Assembly: GCA_964016885.1 (NCBI GenBank)
Contig: OZ024743.1
Coordinates: forward strand, 209,374,001 to 209,438,000
Reading direction: 5' to 3'
Length of the DNA: 64,000 nt
Source: Eledone cirrhosa
Lineage: Eukaryota
A model generated the notes under the pieces. The model ran no database searches. It saw nothing but the letters and a program-made list of their open reading frames with translations, and had not been told where the DNA came from. Positions within the stretch are counted from its first letter, which is position 1, and each line of letters starts with the position of its first letter. Below, piece by piece: positions 43,744 to 60,700 of this stretch. The position numbers and the translations under genes are program-made.

Positions 43744-46700
43744 ATGAAAGCTCTTCACTCCATAAGATATACCACAGTTTATCATCCTATGGCCACGCAT
43801 GAAAGCTCTTCACTCCATAAGATATACCACAGATTACCATCCTATAGCCACACATGAAAGCTCTTCACTCCATAAGATATACCACAGTTTACCATCCTAT
43901 GACCACAGATGAATGCTCTTCAATCCATAAGATATACCACAGTTTACCACCCTATGGCCACAGATGAAAGCTCTTCACTCCATAAATTATACCACAGTTT
44001 ACCATCCTATAGCCACACATGAAAGCTCTTCACTCCATAAGATATACCACAGTTTACCATCCTATAGCCACGCCACAGATGAAAGCTCTTCACTCCATAA
44101 GATATACCACAGTTTACCATCCTATAGTCACACATGAAAGCTCTTCACTCCATAAGATATAACACAGTTTAGCATCCTATAGCCAGATGAAAGCTCTTCA
44201 CTCCATAATATATACCACAGTTAACCATCCTATAGCCACAGATGAAAGCTCTTCACTCCATAAGATATACCACAGTTTACCATCCTATAGCCACAGATGA
44301 AAGCTCTTCACTCCATAAGATATACCACAGTTTACCATCCTATAGCCACACATGAAAGCTCTTCACTCCATAAGATATACCATACTTTACCATCCTATAG
44401 CCACAGATGAAAGCTCTTTACTCCATAAGATATACCACAGTTTACCATCCTATAGCCACAGATGAAAGCTGTTCACTCCATAAGATATACCACAGTTTAC
44501 CATCCTATAGCCACACATGAAAGCTCTTCACTCCATAAGATATACCACAATTTACCATCCTATAGCCACAGATGAAAGCTGTTCACTCCATAAGATATAC
44601 GACAGTTTACCATCCTATAGCCACAGATGAAAGCTGTTCACTCCATAAGATATAACACAGTTTACCATCCTATAGCCAGATGAAAGCTCTTCACTCGATA
44701 AGATATACCACAGTTTACCATTCTATAGCCACAGATGAAAGCTGTTCACTCCATAAGATATACGACAGTTTACCATCCTATAGCCAGATGAAAGCTCTTC
44801 ACTCCATAAGAAATACCACAGTTTACCATCCTATAGCCACAGATGAAAGCTCTTCACTCCATAAGATATACCTCAGTTTACCATCCTATAGCCACACATG
44901 AGAGCTCTTCACTCCATAAGATATACCACAGTTTACCATCCTATAGCCACACATGAAAGCTCTTCACGCCATAAGATATACGACAGTTTACCATCCTATA
45001 GCCAGATGAAAGCTCTTCACTCCATAAGAAATACCACAGTTTACCATCCTATAGCCACAGATGAAAGCTCTTCACTCCATAAGATATACCACAGTTTACC
45101 ATCCTATAGCCACAGATGAAAGCTCTTCACTCCATAAGATATACCTCAGTTTACCATCCTATAGCCACACATGAGAGCTCTTCACTCCATAAGATATACC
45201 ACAGTTTACCATCCTATAGCCACACATGAAAGCTCTTCACGCCATAAGATATACCACAGTTTACCATCCTATAGCCACAGATGAAAGCTCTTCACTCCAT
45301 AAGATAAACCACAGTTTACCATCCTATAGCCACACATGAGAGCTCTTCACTCCATAAGATATACCACAGTTTACCATCCTGTGGCCACACATGAAAGCTC
45401 TTCACTCCATCAGATATACCACAGTTTACCATCCTATAGCCACACATGAAAGCTCTTCACTCCATAAGATATACCACAGTTTCCCATCCTATAGCCACAA
45501 ATGAAAGCTCTTCACTCCATAAGATATACCACAGTTTACCATCCTATAGCCAGATGAAAGCACTTCACTCCATAAGATATACCACAGTTTACCATCCTAT
45601 AGCCACGTACCACAGTTTACCATCCTATAGCCACACATGAAAGCCCTTCACTCCATAAGATATACCGCAGTTTACCATCCTATAGCCACACATGAAAGCT
45701 CTTCACTCCATAAAATATACCACAGTTTCCCATCCTATAGCCACAGATGAAAGCTCTTCACTGCATAACATATACTACAGTTTACCATCCTATAGCCACA
45801 CATGAGAGCTCTTCATTCCATAAGATATACCATAGTTTACCATCCTATAGCCAGATGAAAGCTCTTCACTCCATAAGATATACCTCAGTTTACCATCCTA
45901 TAGCCACACATGAAAGCTATTCAATCCATAAGATATACCACAGTTTCCCATCCTATAGCCACAAATGAAAGCTCTTCACTCCATAAGATATACCACAGTT
46001 TACCATCCGATAGCCACGCATGAAAGCTCTTCACTCCATCAGATATACAACAGTTTACCATCCTATAGCCACACATGAAAGCTCTTCACTCCATAAGATA
46101 TACCACAGTTTACCATCCTATAGCCACAAATGAAAGCTCTTCACTCCATAAGATATACCACAGTTTACCATCCTATAGCCAGATGAAAGCTCTTCACTCC
46201 ATAAGATATACCACAGTTTACCATCCTATGGCCACGCATGAAAGCTCTTCACTCCATAAGATATACCACAGATTACCATCCTATAGCCACACATGAAAGC
46301 TCTTCACTCCATAAGATATACCACAGTTTACCATCCTATTACCACAGATGAATGCTCTTCAATCCATAAGATATACCACAGTTTACCACCCTATGGCCAC
46401 AGATGAAAGCTCTTCACTCCATAAATTATACCACAGTTTACCATCCTATAGCCACACATGAAAGCTCTTCACTCCATAAGATATACCACAGTTTACCATC
46501 CTATAGCCACGCCATGGATGAAAGCTCTTCACTCCATAAGATATACCACAGTTTACCATCCTATAGTCACACATGAAAGCTCTTCACTCCATAAGATATA
46601 ACACAGTTTACCATCCTATAGCCAGATGAAAGCTCTTCACTCCATAAGATATACCACAGTTAACCATCCTATAGCCACAGATGAAAGCTCTTCACTCCAT

Positions 46701-49700
46701 AAGATATACCACATTTTACCATCCTATAGCCACAGATGAAACCTCTTCACTCCATAAGATATACCACAGTTTACCATCCTATAGCCACACATGAAAGCTC
46801 TTCACTCCATAAGATATACCACACTTTACCATCCTATAGCCACAGATGAAAGCTCTTTACTCCATATGATATACCACAGTTTACCATCCTATAGCCACAG
46901 ATGAAAGCTGTTCACTCCATAAGATATACCACAGTTTACCATCCTATAGCCACACATGAAAGCTCTTCACTCCATAAGATATACCACAATTTACCAGCCT
47001 ATAGCCACAGATGAAAGCTGTTCACTCCATAAGATATACGACAGTTTACCATCCTATAGCCACAGATGAAAGCTGTTCACTCCATAAGATATACCACAGT
47101 TTACCATCCTATAGCCAGATGAAAGCTCTTCACTCGATAAGATGTACCACAATTTACCATCCTATAGCCACAGATGAAAGCTCTTCACTCCATAAGATAT
47201 ACCACAGTTTACCATCCTATAGCCACGCCACGGATGAAAGCTCTTCACTCCATAAGATATACCACAGTTTACCATCCTATAGCCACAGATGAAAGCTGTT
47301 CACTCCATAAGATATACGACAGTTTACCATCCTATAGCCAGATGAAAGCTCTTCACTCCATAAGATATACCACAGTTTAACATCCTATAGCCACAGATGA
47401 AAGCTCTTCACTCCATAAGATATACCACAGTTTACCATCCTATAGCCACAGATGAAAGCTCTTCACTCCATAAGATATACCTCAGTTTACCATCCTATAG
47501 CCACACATGAGAGCTCTTCACTCCATAAGATATACCACAGTTTACCATCCTATAGCCACACATGAAAGCTCTTCACGCCATAAGATATACCACAGTTTAC
47601 CATCCTATAGCCACAGATGAAAGCTCTTCACTCCATAAGATAAACCACAGTTTACCATCCTATAGCCACACATGAGAGCTCTTCACTCCATAAGATATAC
47701 CACAGTTTACCATCCTGTGGCCACACATGAAAGCTCTTCACCCCATAAGATATACCACAGTTTACCATCCTATAGCCAGATGAAAGCTCTTCACTCCGTA
47801 AAATATACCACAGTGTACCATCCTGTAGCCACACATGAGAGCTCTTCACTCCATAAGATATACCACAGTTTACCATCCTATAGCCACAGATGAGAGCTCT
47901 TCACTCCATAAGATATAGCACAGTTTACCATCCTATAGGAACACATGTAGCTCTTCACTCCATAAGATATAGCACAGTTTACCATCCTATAGCCAGATGA
48001 ATGCTCTTCACTCCATAAGATATACCACTGTTTACCATCCTATGGCCACACATGAAAGCTCTTCACTCTATAAGATATACCACAGTTTACAATCCTATGG
48101 CCACACATGAAAGCTCTTCACTCCATAATATATTCCACAGTTTACCATCCTATAGCCTTACGTGAGAGCTCTTCACTCCATAAGATATACCACTGTTTAC
48201 CATCCTATGGCCACACATGAAAGCTCTTCACTCCATAAGATATACCACAGTTTACCATCCTATAGCCGGATGAAAGCTCTTCACTCCATAAGATATACCA
48301 CAGTTTACCATCCTATAGCCACGCCACGGATGAAAGCACTTCATTCCATAAGATATACCACAGTTTACAATCCTATAGCCACACATGAAAACTCTTCACT
48401 CCATAAGATATACCACAGTTTACCATCCTATAGCCACACATGAAAGCTCTTCACTCCTTAAGATATACCACAGTTTACCATCCTATAGCCACGCCACGGA
48501 TGAAAGCTCTTCACTCCATGAGATATACCACAGTTTACAATCCTATAGCCACAGATGAAAGCTCTACACTCCATAAGATATACCACAGTTTACCATCCTA
48601 TAGCCAGATGAAAGCTCTTCACTCCATAAGATATACCTCAGTTTACCATCCTATAGCCACACATGAGAGCTCTTCACTCCATAAGATATACCACAGTTTA
48701 CCATCCTATAGCCACACATGAAAGCTCTACACTCCATAAGATATATAACAGTTTACCATCCTATAGCCACACATGAAAGCTCTTCACTCCATAAGATATA
48801 CCACAGTTTACCATCCTATAGCCACACATGAAAGCTATTCACTCCATAAGATATACCACAGTTTACCATCCTATACCCACAAATGAAAGCTCTTCACTCC
48901 ATAAGATATACCACAGTTTACCATCCTATAGCCACACATGAAAGCTCTTCTCTCCATAAGATATACCACAGTTTACCATCCTATATCCACAAATGAAAGC
49001 TCTTCACTCCATAAGATATACCACAGTTTACCATCCTATAGCCAGATGAAAGCACTTCACTCCATAAGATATACCACAGTTTACCATCCTATGGCCACGC
49101 ATGAAAGCTCTTCACTCCATAAGATATACCACAGTTTACCATCCTATAGCCACACATGAAAGCTCTTCACTCCATAAGATATACCACAGTTTACCATCCT
49201 ATGACCACAGATGAATGCTCTTCACTCCATAAGATATACCACAGTTTACCACTCTATGGCCACAGATGAAAGCTCTTTACTCCATAAGATATACCACAGT
49301 TTACCATCCTATAGCCACACATGAAAGCTCTTCACTCCATAAGATATACTACAGTTTACCATCCTATAGCCACGCCACGGATGAAAGCTCTTCACTCCAT
49401 AAGATATACCACAGTTTACCATCCTATAGTCACACATGAAAGCTCTTCACTCCATAAGATATAACACAGTTTAGCATCCTATAGCCAGATGAAAGCTCTT
49501 CACTCCATAAGATATACCACAGTTTACCATCCTATAGCCACAGATGAAAGCTCTTCACTCCATAAGATATACCACAGTTTACCATCCTATAGCCACAGAT
49601 GAAAGCTCTTCACTCCATAAGATATACCACAGTTTACCATCCTATAGCCACACATGAAAGCTCTTCACTCCATAAGATATACCACACTTTACCATCCTAT

Positions 49701-52700
49701 AGCCACAGATGAAAGCTCTTTACTCCATAAGATATACCACAGTTTACCATCCTATAGCCACAGATGAAAGCTGTTCACTCCATAAGATATACCACAGTTT
49801 ACCATCCTATAGCCACACATGAAAGCTCTTCACTCCATAAGATATACCACAATTTACCATCCTATAGCCACAGATGAAAGCTGTTCACTCCATAGGATAT
49901 ACGACAGTTTACCATCCTATAGCCACAGATGAAAGCTGTTCACTCCATAAGATATACCACAGTTTACCATCCTATAGCCAGATGAAAGCTCTTCACTCCA
50001 TAAGATATACAACAGTTTACCATCCTATAGCCACAGATGAAAGCTGTTCAGTCCATAAGATATACCACAGTTTACCATCCTATAGCCACGCCACGGATGA
50101 AAGCTCTTCACTCCATAAGATATACCACAGTTTACCATCCTATAGCCACAGATGAAAGCTGTTCACTCCATAAGATATACGACAGTTTACCATCCTATAG
50201 CCAGATGAAAGCTCTTCACTCCATAAGATATACCACAGTTTACCATCCTATAGCCACAGATGAAAACTCTTCACTCCATAAAATATACCACAGTTTACCA
50301 TCCTATAGCCACACATGAAAGCTCTTCACTCCATAAGATATACCACAGTTTACCATCCTATAGCCACGCCACGGATGAAAGCACTTCATTCCATAAGATA
50401 TACCACAGTTTACAATCCTATAGCCACACATGAAAGCTCTTCACTCCATAAGATATACCTCAGTTTACCATCCTATAGCCACACATGAGAGCTCTTCACT
50501 CCATAAGATATACCACAGTTTACCATCCTATAGCCACACATGAAAGCTCTTCACGCCATAAGATATACCACAGTTTACCATCCTATAGCCACAGATGAAA
50601 GCTCTTCACTCCATAAGATAAACCACAGTTTACCATCCTATAGCCACACATGAGAGCTCTTCACTCCATAAGATATACCACAGTTTACCATCCTGTGGCC
50701 ACACATGAAAGCTCTTCACCCCATAAGATATACCACTGTTTACCATCCTATGGCCACACATGAAAGCTCTTCACTCCATAAGATATACCACAGTTTACCA
50801 TCCTATAGCCGGATGAAAGCTCTTCACTCCATAAGATATACCACAGTTTACCATCCTATAGCCACGCCACGGATGAAAGCACTTCATTACATAAGATATA
50901 CCACAGTTTACAATCCTATAGCCACACATGAAAACTCTTCACTCCATAAGATATACCACAGTTTACCATCCTATAGCCACACATGAAAGCTCTTCACTCC
51001 TTAAGATATACCACAGTTTACCATCCTATAGCCACGCCACGGATGAAAGCTCTTCACTCCATGAGATATACCACAGTTTACAATCCTATAGCCACAGATG
51101 AAAGCTCTACACTCCATAAGATATACCACAGTTTACCATCCTATAGCCAGATGAAAGCTCTTCACTCCATAAGATATACCACAGTTTACCATCCTATAGC
51201 CACACATGAAAGCTATTCACTCCATAAGATATACCACAGTTTACCATCCTATACCCACAAATGAAAGCTCTTCACTCCATAAGATATACCACAGTTTACC
51301 ATCCTATAGCCACACATGAAAGCTCTTCACTCCATAAGATATACCACAGTTTACCATCCTATAGCCAGATGAAAGCTCTTCACTCCATAAGATATACCAC
51401 AGTTTACCATCCTATGGCCACGCATGAAAGCTCTTCACTCCATAAGATATACCACAGTTTACCATCCTATAGCCACACATGAAAGCTCTTCACTCCATAA
51501 GATATACCACAGTTTACCATCCTATGACCACAGATGAATGCTCTTCACTCCATAAGATATACCACAGTTTACCACTCTATGGCCACAGATGAAAGCTCTT
51601 TACTCCATAAGATATACCACAGTTTACCATCCTATAGCCACACATGAAAGCTCTTCACTCCATAAGATATACCACAGTTTACCATCCTATAGCCATGCCA
51701 CGGATGAAAGCTCTTCACTCCATAAGATATACCACAGTTTACCATCCTATAGCCACAGATGAAAGCTCTTCACTCCATAAGATATACCACAGTTTACCAT
51801 CCTATAGCCACACATGAAAGCTCTTCACTCCATAAGATATACCACACTTTACCATCCTATAGCCACAGATGAAATCTCTTTACTCCATAAGATATACCAC
51901 AATTTACCATCCTATAGCCACAGATGAAAGCTGTTCACTCCATAAGATATACCACAGTTTACCATCCTATAGCCACAGATGAAAGCTGTTCACTCCATAA
52001 GATATACCACAGTTTACCTTCCTATAGCCACGCCACGGATGAAAGCTCATCACTCCATAAGATATACCACAGTTAACCATCCTATAGCCACAGATGAAAG
52101 CTGTTCACTCCATAAGATATACGACAGTTTACCATCCTATAGCCAGATGAAAGCTCTTCACTCCATAAGATATACCACAGTTTACCATCCTATAGCCACA
52201 GATGAAAGCTCTTCACTCCATAAGATATACCACAGTTTACCATCCTATAGCCACAGATGAAAGCTCTTCACTCCATAAGATATACCTCAGTTTACCATCC
52301 TATAGCCACACATGAGAGCTCTTCACTCCATAAGATATACCACAGTTTACCATCCTATAGCCACACATGAAAGCTCTTCACGCCATAAGATATACCACAG
52401 TTTACCATCCTATAGCCACAGATGAAAGCTTTCACTCCATAAGATAAACCACAGTTTACCATCCTATAGCCACACATGAGAGCTCTTCACTCCATAAGAT
52501 ATACCACAGTTTACCATCCTGTGGCCACACATGAAAGCTCTTCACCCCATAAGATATACCACAGTTTACCATCCTATGGCCAGATGAAAGCTCTTCACTC
52601 CGTAAAATATACCACAGTGTACCATCCTGTAGCCACACATGAGAGCTCTTCACTCCATAAGATATACCACAGTTTACCATCCTATAGCCACAGATGAGAG

Positions 52701-54789
52701 CTCTTCACGCCATAAGATATACCACAGTTTACAATCCTATGGCCACACATGAAAGCTCTTCACTCCATAATATATTCCACATTTTACCATCCTATAGCCT
52801 TACATGAGAGCTCTTCACTCCATAAGATATAGCACTGTTTACCATCCTATGGCCACACATGAAAGCTCTTCACTCCATAAGATATACCACAGTTTACCAT
52901 CCTATAGCCAGATGAAAGCTCTTCATTCCATAAGATATACCACAGTTTACCATCCTATAGCCACGCCACGGATGAAAGCACTTCATTCCATAAGATATAC
53001 CACAGTTTACAATCCTATAGCCACACATGAAAGCTCTTCACTCCATAAGATATACCACAGTTTACCATCCTATAGCCACACATGAAAGCTCTTCACTCCA
53101 TAAGATATACCACAGTTTACCATCCTATAGCTACGCCACAGATGAAAGCTCTTCACTCCATAAGATATACCACAGTTTACAATCCTATAGCCACAGATGA
53201 AAGCTCTTCACTCCATAAGATATACCACAGTTTACCATCCTATTGCCACACATGAAAGCTCTTCACTCCATAAGATATAGCACAGTTTACCATCCTATAG
53301 GCACACATGAAAGCTCTTCACTCCATAAGATATAGCACAGTTTACCATCCTATAGCCAGATGAATGCTCTTCACTCCATAAGATATACGACAGTTTACCA
53401 TCCTATAGCCACATATGAAATCTCTTCACTCCATAAGATATACCACAGTTTACCATCCTATAGCCACACATGAGAGCTCTACACTCCATAAGATATACCA
53501 CTGTTTACCATCCTATGGCCACACATGAAAGCTCTTCACTCCATAAGATATACCACAGTTTACAATCCTATGGCCACACATGAAAGCTCTTCACTCCATA
53601 ATATATTCCACAGTTTACCATCCTATAGCCTTACGTGAGAGCTCTTCACTCCATAAGATATACCACTGTTTACCATCCTATGGCCACACATGAAAGCTCT
53701 TCACTCCATAAGATATACCACAGTTTACCATCCTATAGCCGGATGAAAGCTCTTCACTCCATAAGATATACCACAGTTTACCATCCTATAGCCACGCCAC
53801 GGATGAAAGCACTTCATTCCATAAGATATACCACAGTTTACAATCCTATAGCCACACATGAAAGCTCTTCACTCCATAAGATATACCACAGTTTACCATC
53901 CTATAGCCACACATGAAAGCTCTTCACTCCATAAGATATACCACAGTTTACCATCCTATAGCCACGCCACGGATGTAAGCTCTTCACTCCATGAGATATA
54001 CCACAGTTTACAATCCTATAGCCACAGATGAAAGCTCTACACTCCATAAGATATACCACAGTTTACCATCCTATAGCCAGATGAAAGCTCTTCACTCCAT
54101 AAGATATACCTCAGTTTACCATCCTATAGCCACACATGAGAGCTCTTCACTCCATAAGATATACCACAGTTTACCATCCTATAGCCACACATGAAAGCTC
54201 TACACTCCATAAGATATATAACAGTTTACCATCCTATAGCCACACATGAAAGCTCTTCACTCCATAAGATATACCACAGTTTACCATCCTATAGCCACAC
54301 ATGAAAGCTATTCACTCCATAAGATATACCACAGTTTACCATCCTATAGCCACAAATGAAAGCTCTTCACTCCATAAGATATACCACAGTTTACCATCCA
54401 ATAGCCACACATGAAAGCTCTTCACTCCATAAGATATACCACAGTTTACCATCCTATATCCACAAATGCAAGCTCTTCACTCCATAAGATATACCACAGT
54501 TTACCATCCTATAGCCAGATGAAAGCTCTTCACTCCATAATATATACCACAGTTTACCATCCTATGGCCACGCATGAAAGCTCTTCACTCCATAAGATAT
54601 ACCACAGTTTACCATCCTATAGCCACGCCACGGATGAAAGCTCTTCACTCCATAAGATATACCACAGTTTACCATCCTATGACCACAGATGAATGCTCTT
54701 CACTCCATAAGATAAACCACAGTTTACCACCCTATGGCCACAGATGAAAGCTCTTCACTCCATAAGATATACCACAGTTTACCATCCTA

Positions 54790-57700
54790 TAGCCACACAT
54801 GAAAGCTCTTCACTCCATAAGATATACCACACTTTACCATCCTATAGCCACAGATGAAAGCTCTTTACTCCATAAGATATACCACAGTTTACCATCATAT
54901 AGCCACAGATGAAAGCTCTTCACTCCATACGATATACCACAGTTTACCATCCTATAGCCACACATGAAAGCTCTTCACTCCATAAGATATACCACACTTT
55001 ACCATCCTATAGCCACAGATGAAAGCTCTTTACTCCATAAGATATACCACAGTTTACCATCCTATAGCCACAGATGAAAGCTGTTCACTCCATAAGATAT
55101 ACCACAGTTTACCATCCTATAGCCACGCTACGGATGAAAGCTCTTCAGTCCATAAGATATACCACAGTTTACCATCCTATAGCCACAGATGAAAGCTGTT
55201 CACTCCATAAGATATACGACAGTTTACCATCATATAGCCAGATGAAAGCTCTTCACTCCATAAGATATACCACAGTTTACCATCCTATAGCCACAGATGA
55301 AAGCTCTTCACTCCATAAGATATACCACAGTTTACCATCCTATAGCCACAGATGAAAGCTCTTCACTCCATAAGATATACCTCAGTTTACCATCCTATGG
55401 CCACACATGAGAGCTCTTCACTCCATAAGATATACCACAGTTTACCATCCTATAGCCACAGATGAAAGCTCTTCACTCCATAAGATAAACCACAGTTTAC
55501 CATCTTATAGCCACACATGAGAGCTCTTCACTCCATAAGATATACCACAGTTTACCATCCTGTGGCCACACATGAAAGCTCTTCACCCCATAAGATATAC
55601 CACAGTTTACCATCCTATAGCCAGATGAAAGCTCTTCACTCCGTAAAATATACCACAGTCTACCATCCTGTAGCCACACATGAGAGCTCTTCACTCCATA
55701 AGATATACCACAGTTTACAATCCTATGGCCACACATGAAAGCTCTTCACTCCATAATATATTCCACAGTTTACCATCCTATAGTCTTACATGAGAGCTCT
55801 TCACTCCATAAGATATACCACTGTTTACCATCCTATGGCCACACATGAAAGCTCTTCACTCCATAAGATATACCACAGTTTACCATCCTATAGCCAGATG
55901 AAAGCTCTTCACTCCATAAGATATACCACAGTTTACCGTCCTATAGCCACGCCACGGATGAAAGCACTTCATTCCATAAGATATACCACAGTTTACAATC
56001 CTATAGCCACACATGAAAGCTCTTCACTCCACAAGATATACCACAGTTTACCATCCTATAGCCACACATGAAAGCTCTTCATTCCATAAGATATACCACA
56101 GTATACCATCCTATAGCCACACCACGGATGAAAGCTCTTCACTCCATAAGATATACCACAGTTTACCATCCTATTGCCACACATGAAAGCTCTTCACTCC
56201 ATAAGATATAGCACAGTTTACCATCCTATAGGCACACATGAAAGCTCTTCACTCCATAAGATATAGCACAGTTTACCATCCTATAGCCAGATGAGTGCTC
56301 TTCACTCCATAAGATATACTCAGTTTACCATCCTATAGCCACACATGAAAGCTCTTCATGCCATAAGATATACCTCAGTTTACCATCCTATAGCCACAGA
56401 TGAAAGCTCTTCACTCCATAAGATATACCACAGTTTACCATCCTATAGCCACACATGAGAGCTCTTCACTCCATAAGATATACCACAGTTTACCATCCTA
56501 TAGCCAGATGAAAGCTCTTCACTCCATAAAATATACCACAGTTTACCATCCTATAGCCACACATGAAAGTTCTTCACTCCATAAGATATACCACAGTTTA
56601 CCATCCTATAGCCACACATGAGAGATCTTCACTCCATAAGATATACCACAGTTTACCATCCTATAGCCACACATGAAAGCTCTTCACTCCATAAGATATA
56701 CCACAGTTTACGATCCTATAGCCACAGATGAAAACTCTTCACTCCATAACATATACCTCAGTTTACCATCCTATAGCCACACATGAGAGCTCTTCACCCC
56801 ATAAGATATACCACAGTTTACCATCCTATAGCCAGATGAAAGCTCTTCACTCCGTAAAATATACCACAGTTTACCATCCTGTAGCCACACATGAGAGATC
56901 TTCACTCCATAAGATATACCACAGTTTACCATCCTATAGCCACACATGAGAGCTCTTCACTCCATAAGATATACCACTGTTTACCATCCTATGGCCACAC
57001 ATGAAAGGTCTTCACTCAATAAGATATACCACAGTTTACAATCCTATGGCCACACATGAAAGCTCTTCACTCCATAATATATTCCACAGTTTACCATCCT
57101 ATAGCCTTACGTGAAAGCTCTTCACTCCATAAGATATACCACAGTTTACAATCCTATAGCCACACATGAAAGCTCTTCACTCCATAAGATATACCACAGT
57201 TTACCATCCTATAGCCACACATGAAAGCTCTTCACTCCATAAGATATACCACAGTTTACCATCCAATAGCCACGCCACGGATGAAAGCTCTTCACTCCAT
57301 GAGATATACCACAGTTTACAATCCTATAGCCACAGATGAAAGCTCTACACTCCATAAGATATACCACAGTTTACCATCCTATAGCCAGATGAAACCCCTT
57401 CACTCCATAAGATATACCTCAGTTTACCATCCTATAGCCACACATGAGAGCTCTTCACTCCATAAGATATACCACAGTTTACCATCCTATAGCCACACAT
57501 GAAAGCTCTACACTCCATAAGATATATAACAGTTTACCATCCTATAGCCACACATGAGAGCTCTTCACTCCATAAGATATACCACAGTTTACCATCCTAT
57601 AGCCACACAAGAAAGCTATTCACTCCATAAGATATACCACAGTTTACCATCCTATAGCCACAAATGAAAGCTCTTCACTCCATAAGATATACCACAGTTT

Positions 57701-60700
57701 ACCATCCGATAGCCACACATGAAAGCTCTTCACTCCATCAGATATACCACAGTTTACCATCCTATAGCCACACATGAAAGCTCTTCTCTCCATAAGATAT
57801 ACCACAGTTTACCATCCTATATCCACAAATGAAAGCTCTTCACTCCATAAGATATACCACAGTTTACCATCCTATAGCCAGATGAAAGCTCTTCACTCCA
57901 TAAGATATACCACAGTTTACCATCCTATGGCCACGCATGAAAGCTCTTCACTCCATAAGATATACCACAGTTTACCATCCTATAGCCACACATGAAAGCT
58001 CTTCACTCCATAAGATATACCACAGTTTACCATCCTATGACCACAGATGAATGCTCTTCACTCCATAAGATAAACCACAGTTTACCACCCTATGGCCACA
58101 GATGAAAGCTCTTCACTCCATAAGATATACCACAGTTTACCATCCTATAGCCACACATGAAAGCTCTTCACTCCATAAGATATACCACAGTTTACCATCC
58201 TATAGCCACGCCACGGATGAAAGCTCTTCACTCCATAAGATATACCACAGTTTACCATCCTATAGCCACAGATGAAAGCTCTTCACTCCATACGATATAC
58301 CACAGTTTACCATCCTATAGGCACACATGAAAGCTCTTCACTCCATAAGATATACCACACTTTACCATCCTATAGCCACATATGAAAGCTCTTTACTCCA
58401 TAAGATATACCACAGTTTACCATCATATAGCCACAGATGAAAGCTCTTCACTCCATACGATATACCACAGTTTACCATCCTATAGCCACACATGAAAGCT
58501 CTTCACTCCATAAGATATACCACACTTTACCATCCTATAGCCACAGATGAAAGCTCTTAACTCCATAAGATATACCACAGTTTACCATCCTATAGCCACA
58601 GATGAAAGCTGTTCACTCCATAAGATATACCACAGTTTACCATCCTATAGCCACGCTACGGATGAAAGCTCTTCACTCCATAAGATATACCACAGTTTAC
58701 CATCCTATAGCCACAGATGAAAGCTGTTCACTCCATAAGATATACGACAGTTTACCATCATATAGCCAGATGAAAGCTCTTCACTCCATAAGATATACCA
58801 CAGTTTACCATCCTATAGCCACAGATGAAAACTCTTCACTCCATAAGATATACCACAGTTTACCATCCTATAGCCACAGATGAAAGCTCTTCACTCCATA
58901 AGATATACCTCAGTTTACCATCCTATAGGCAAACATGAGAGCTCTTCACTCCATAAGATATACCACAGTTTACCATCCTATAGCCACAGATGAAAGCTCT
59001 TCACTCCATAAGATAAACCACAGTTTACCATCCTATAGCCACACATGAGAGCTCTTCACTCCATAAGATATACCACAGTTTACCATCCTGTGGCCACACA
59101 TGAAAGCTCTTCACCCCATAAGATATACCACAGTTTACCATCCTATAGCCAGATGAAAGCTCTTCACTCCGTAAAATATACCACAGTGTACCATCCTGTA
59201 GCCACACATGAGAGCTCTTCACTCCATAAGATATACCACAGTTTACCATCCTATAGCCACAGATGAAAGCTGTTCACTCCATAAGATATACCACAGTTTA
59301 CCATCCTATAGCCACGCTACGGATGAAAGCTCTTCACTCCATAAGATATACCACAGTTTACCATCCTATAGCCACAGATGAAAGCTGTTCACTCCATAAG
59401 ATATACGACAGTTTACCATCATATAGCCAGATGAAAGCTCTTCACTCCATAAGATATACCACAGTTTACCATCCTATAGCCACAGATGAAAGCTCTTCAC
59501 TCCATAAGATATACCACAGTTTACCATCCTATAGCCACAGATGAAAGCTCTTCACTCCATAAGATATACCTCAGTTTACCATCCTATAGCCACACATGAG
59601 AGCTCTTCACTCCATAAGATATACCACAGTTTACCATCCTATAGCCACATATGAAAGCTCTTCACTCCATGAGATAAACCACAGTTTACCATCCTATAGC
59701 CACACATGAGAGCTCTTCACTCCATAAGAAATACCACAGTTTACAATCCTATGACCACACATGAAAGCTCTTCACTCCATAATATATTCCACAGTTTACC
59801 ATCCTATAGTCTTACATGAGAGCTCTTCACTCCATAAGATATACCACTGTTTACCATCCTATGGCCACACATGAAAGCTCTTCACTCCATAAGATATACC
59901 ACAGTTTACTATCCTATAGCCAGATGAAAGCTCTTCACTCCATAAGATATACCACAGTTTACCGTCCTATAGCCACGCCACGGATGAAAGCACTTCATTC
60001 CATAAGATATACCACAGTTTACAATCCTATAGCCACACATGAAAGCTCTTCACTCCATAAGATATACCACAGTTTACCATCCTATAGCCACACATGAAAG
60101 CTCTTCATTCCATAAGATATACCACAGTATACCATCCTATAGCCACACCACGGATGAAAGCTCTTCACTCCATAAGATATACCACAGTTTACAATCCTAT
60201 AGCCACAGATGAAAGCTCTTCACTCGATAAGATATACCACAGTTTACCATCCTATTGCCACACATGAAAGCTCTTCACTCCATAAGATATACCACAGTTT
60301 ACCATCCTATAGGCACACATGAAAGCTCTTCACTCCATAAGATATAGCACAGTTTACCATCCTATAGCCAGATGAGTGCTCTTCACTCCATAAGATATAC
60401 TCAGTTTACCATCCTATAGCCACACATGAAAGCTCTTCATGCCATAAGATATACCTCAGTTTACCATCCTATAGCCACAGATGAAAGCTCTTCACTCCAT
60501 AAGATATACCACAGTTTACCATCCTATAGCCAGATGAAAGCTCTTCACTCCATAAAATATACCACAGTTTACCATCCTATAGCCACACATGAAAGCTCTT
60601 CACTCCATAAGATATACCACAGTTTACCATCCTATAGCCACACATGAGAGATCTTCACTCCATAAGATATACCACAGTTTACCATCCTATAGCCACACAT

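Noticed and set aside
47809-47820. V(D)J RSS heptamer-like CACAGTT in each monomer (exact CACAGTG in a few variants)
   Set aside because: There is no ACAAAAACC nonamer at 12/23-bp spacing and no gene segments.
47652-59249. Four - strand ORFs (MVNCGISYGVKS...)
   Set aside because: They arise where CCTGT variants remove the antisense TAG stop, and they are copies of one duplicated block.
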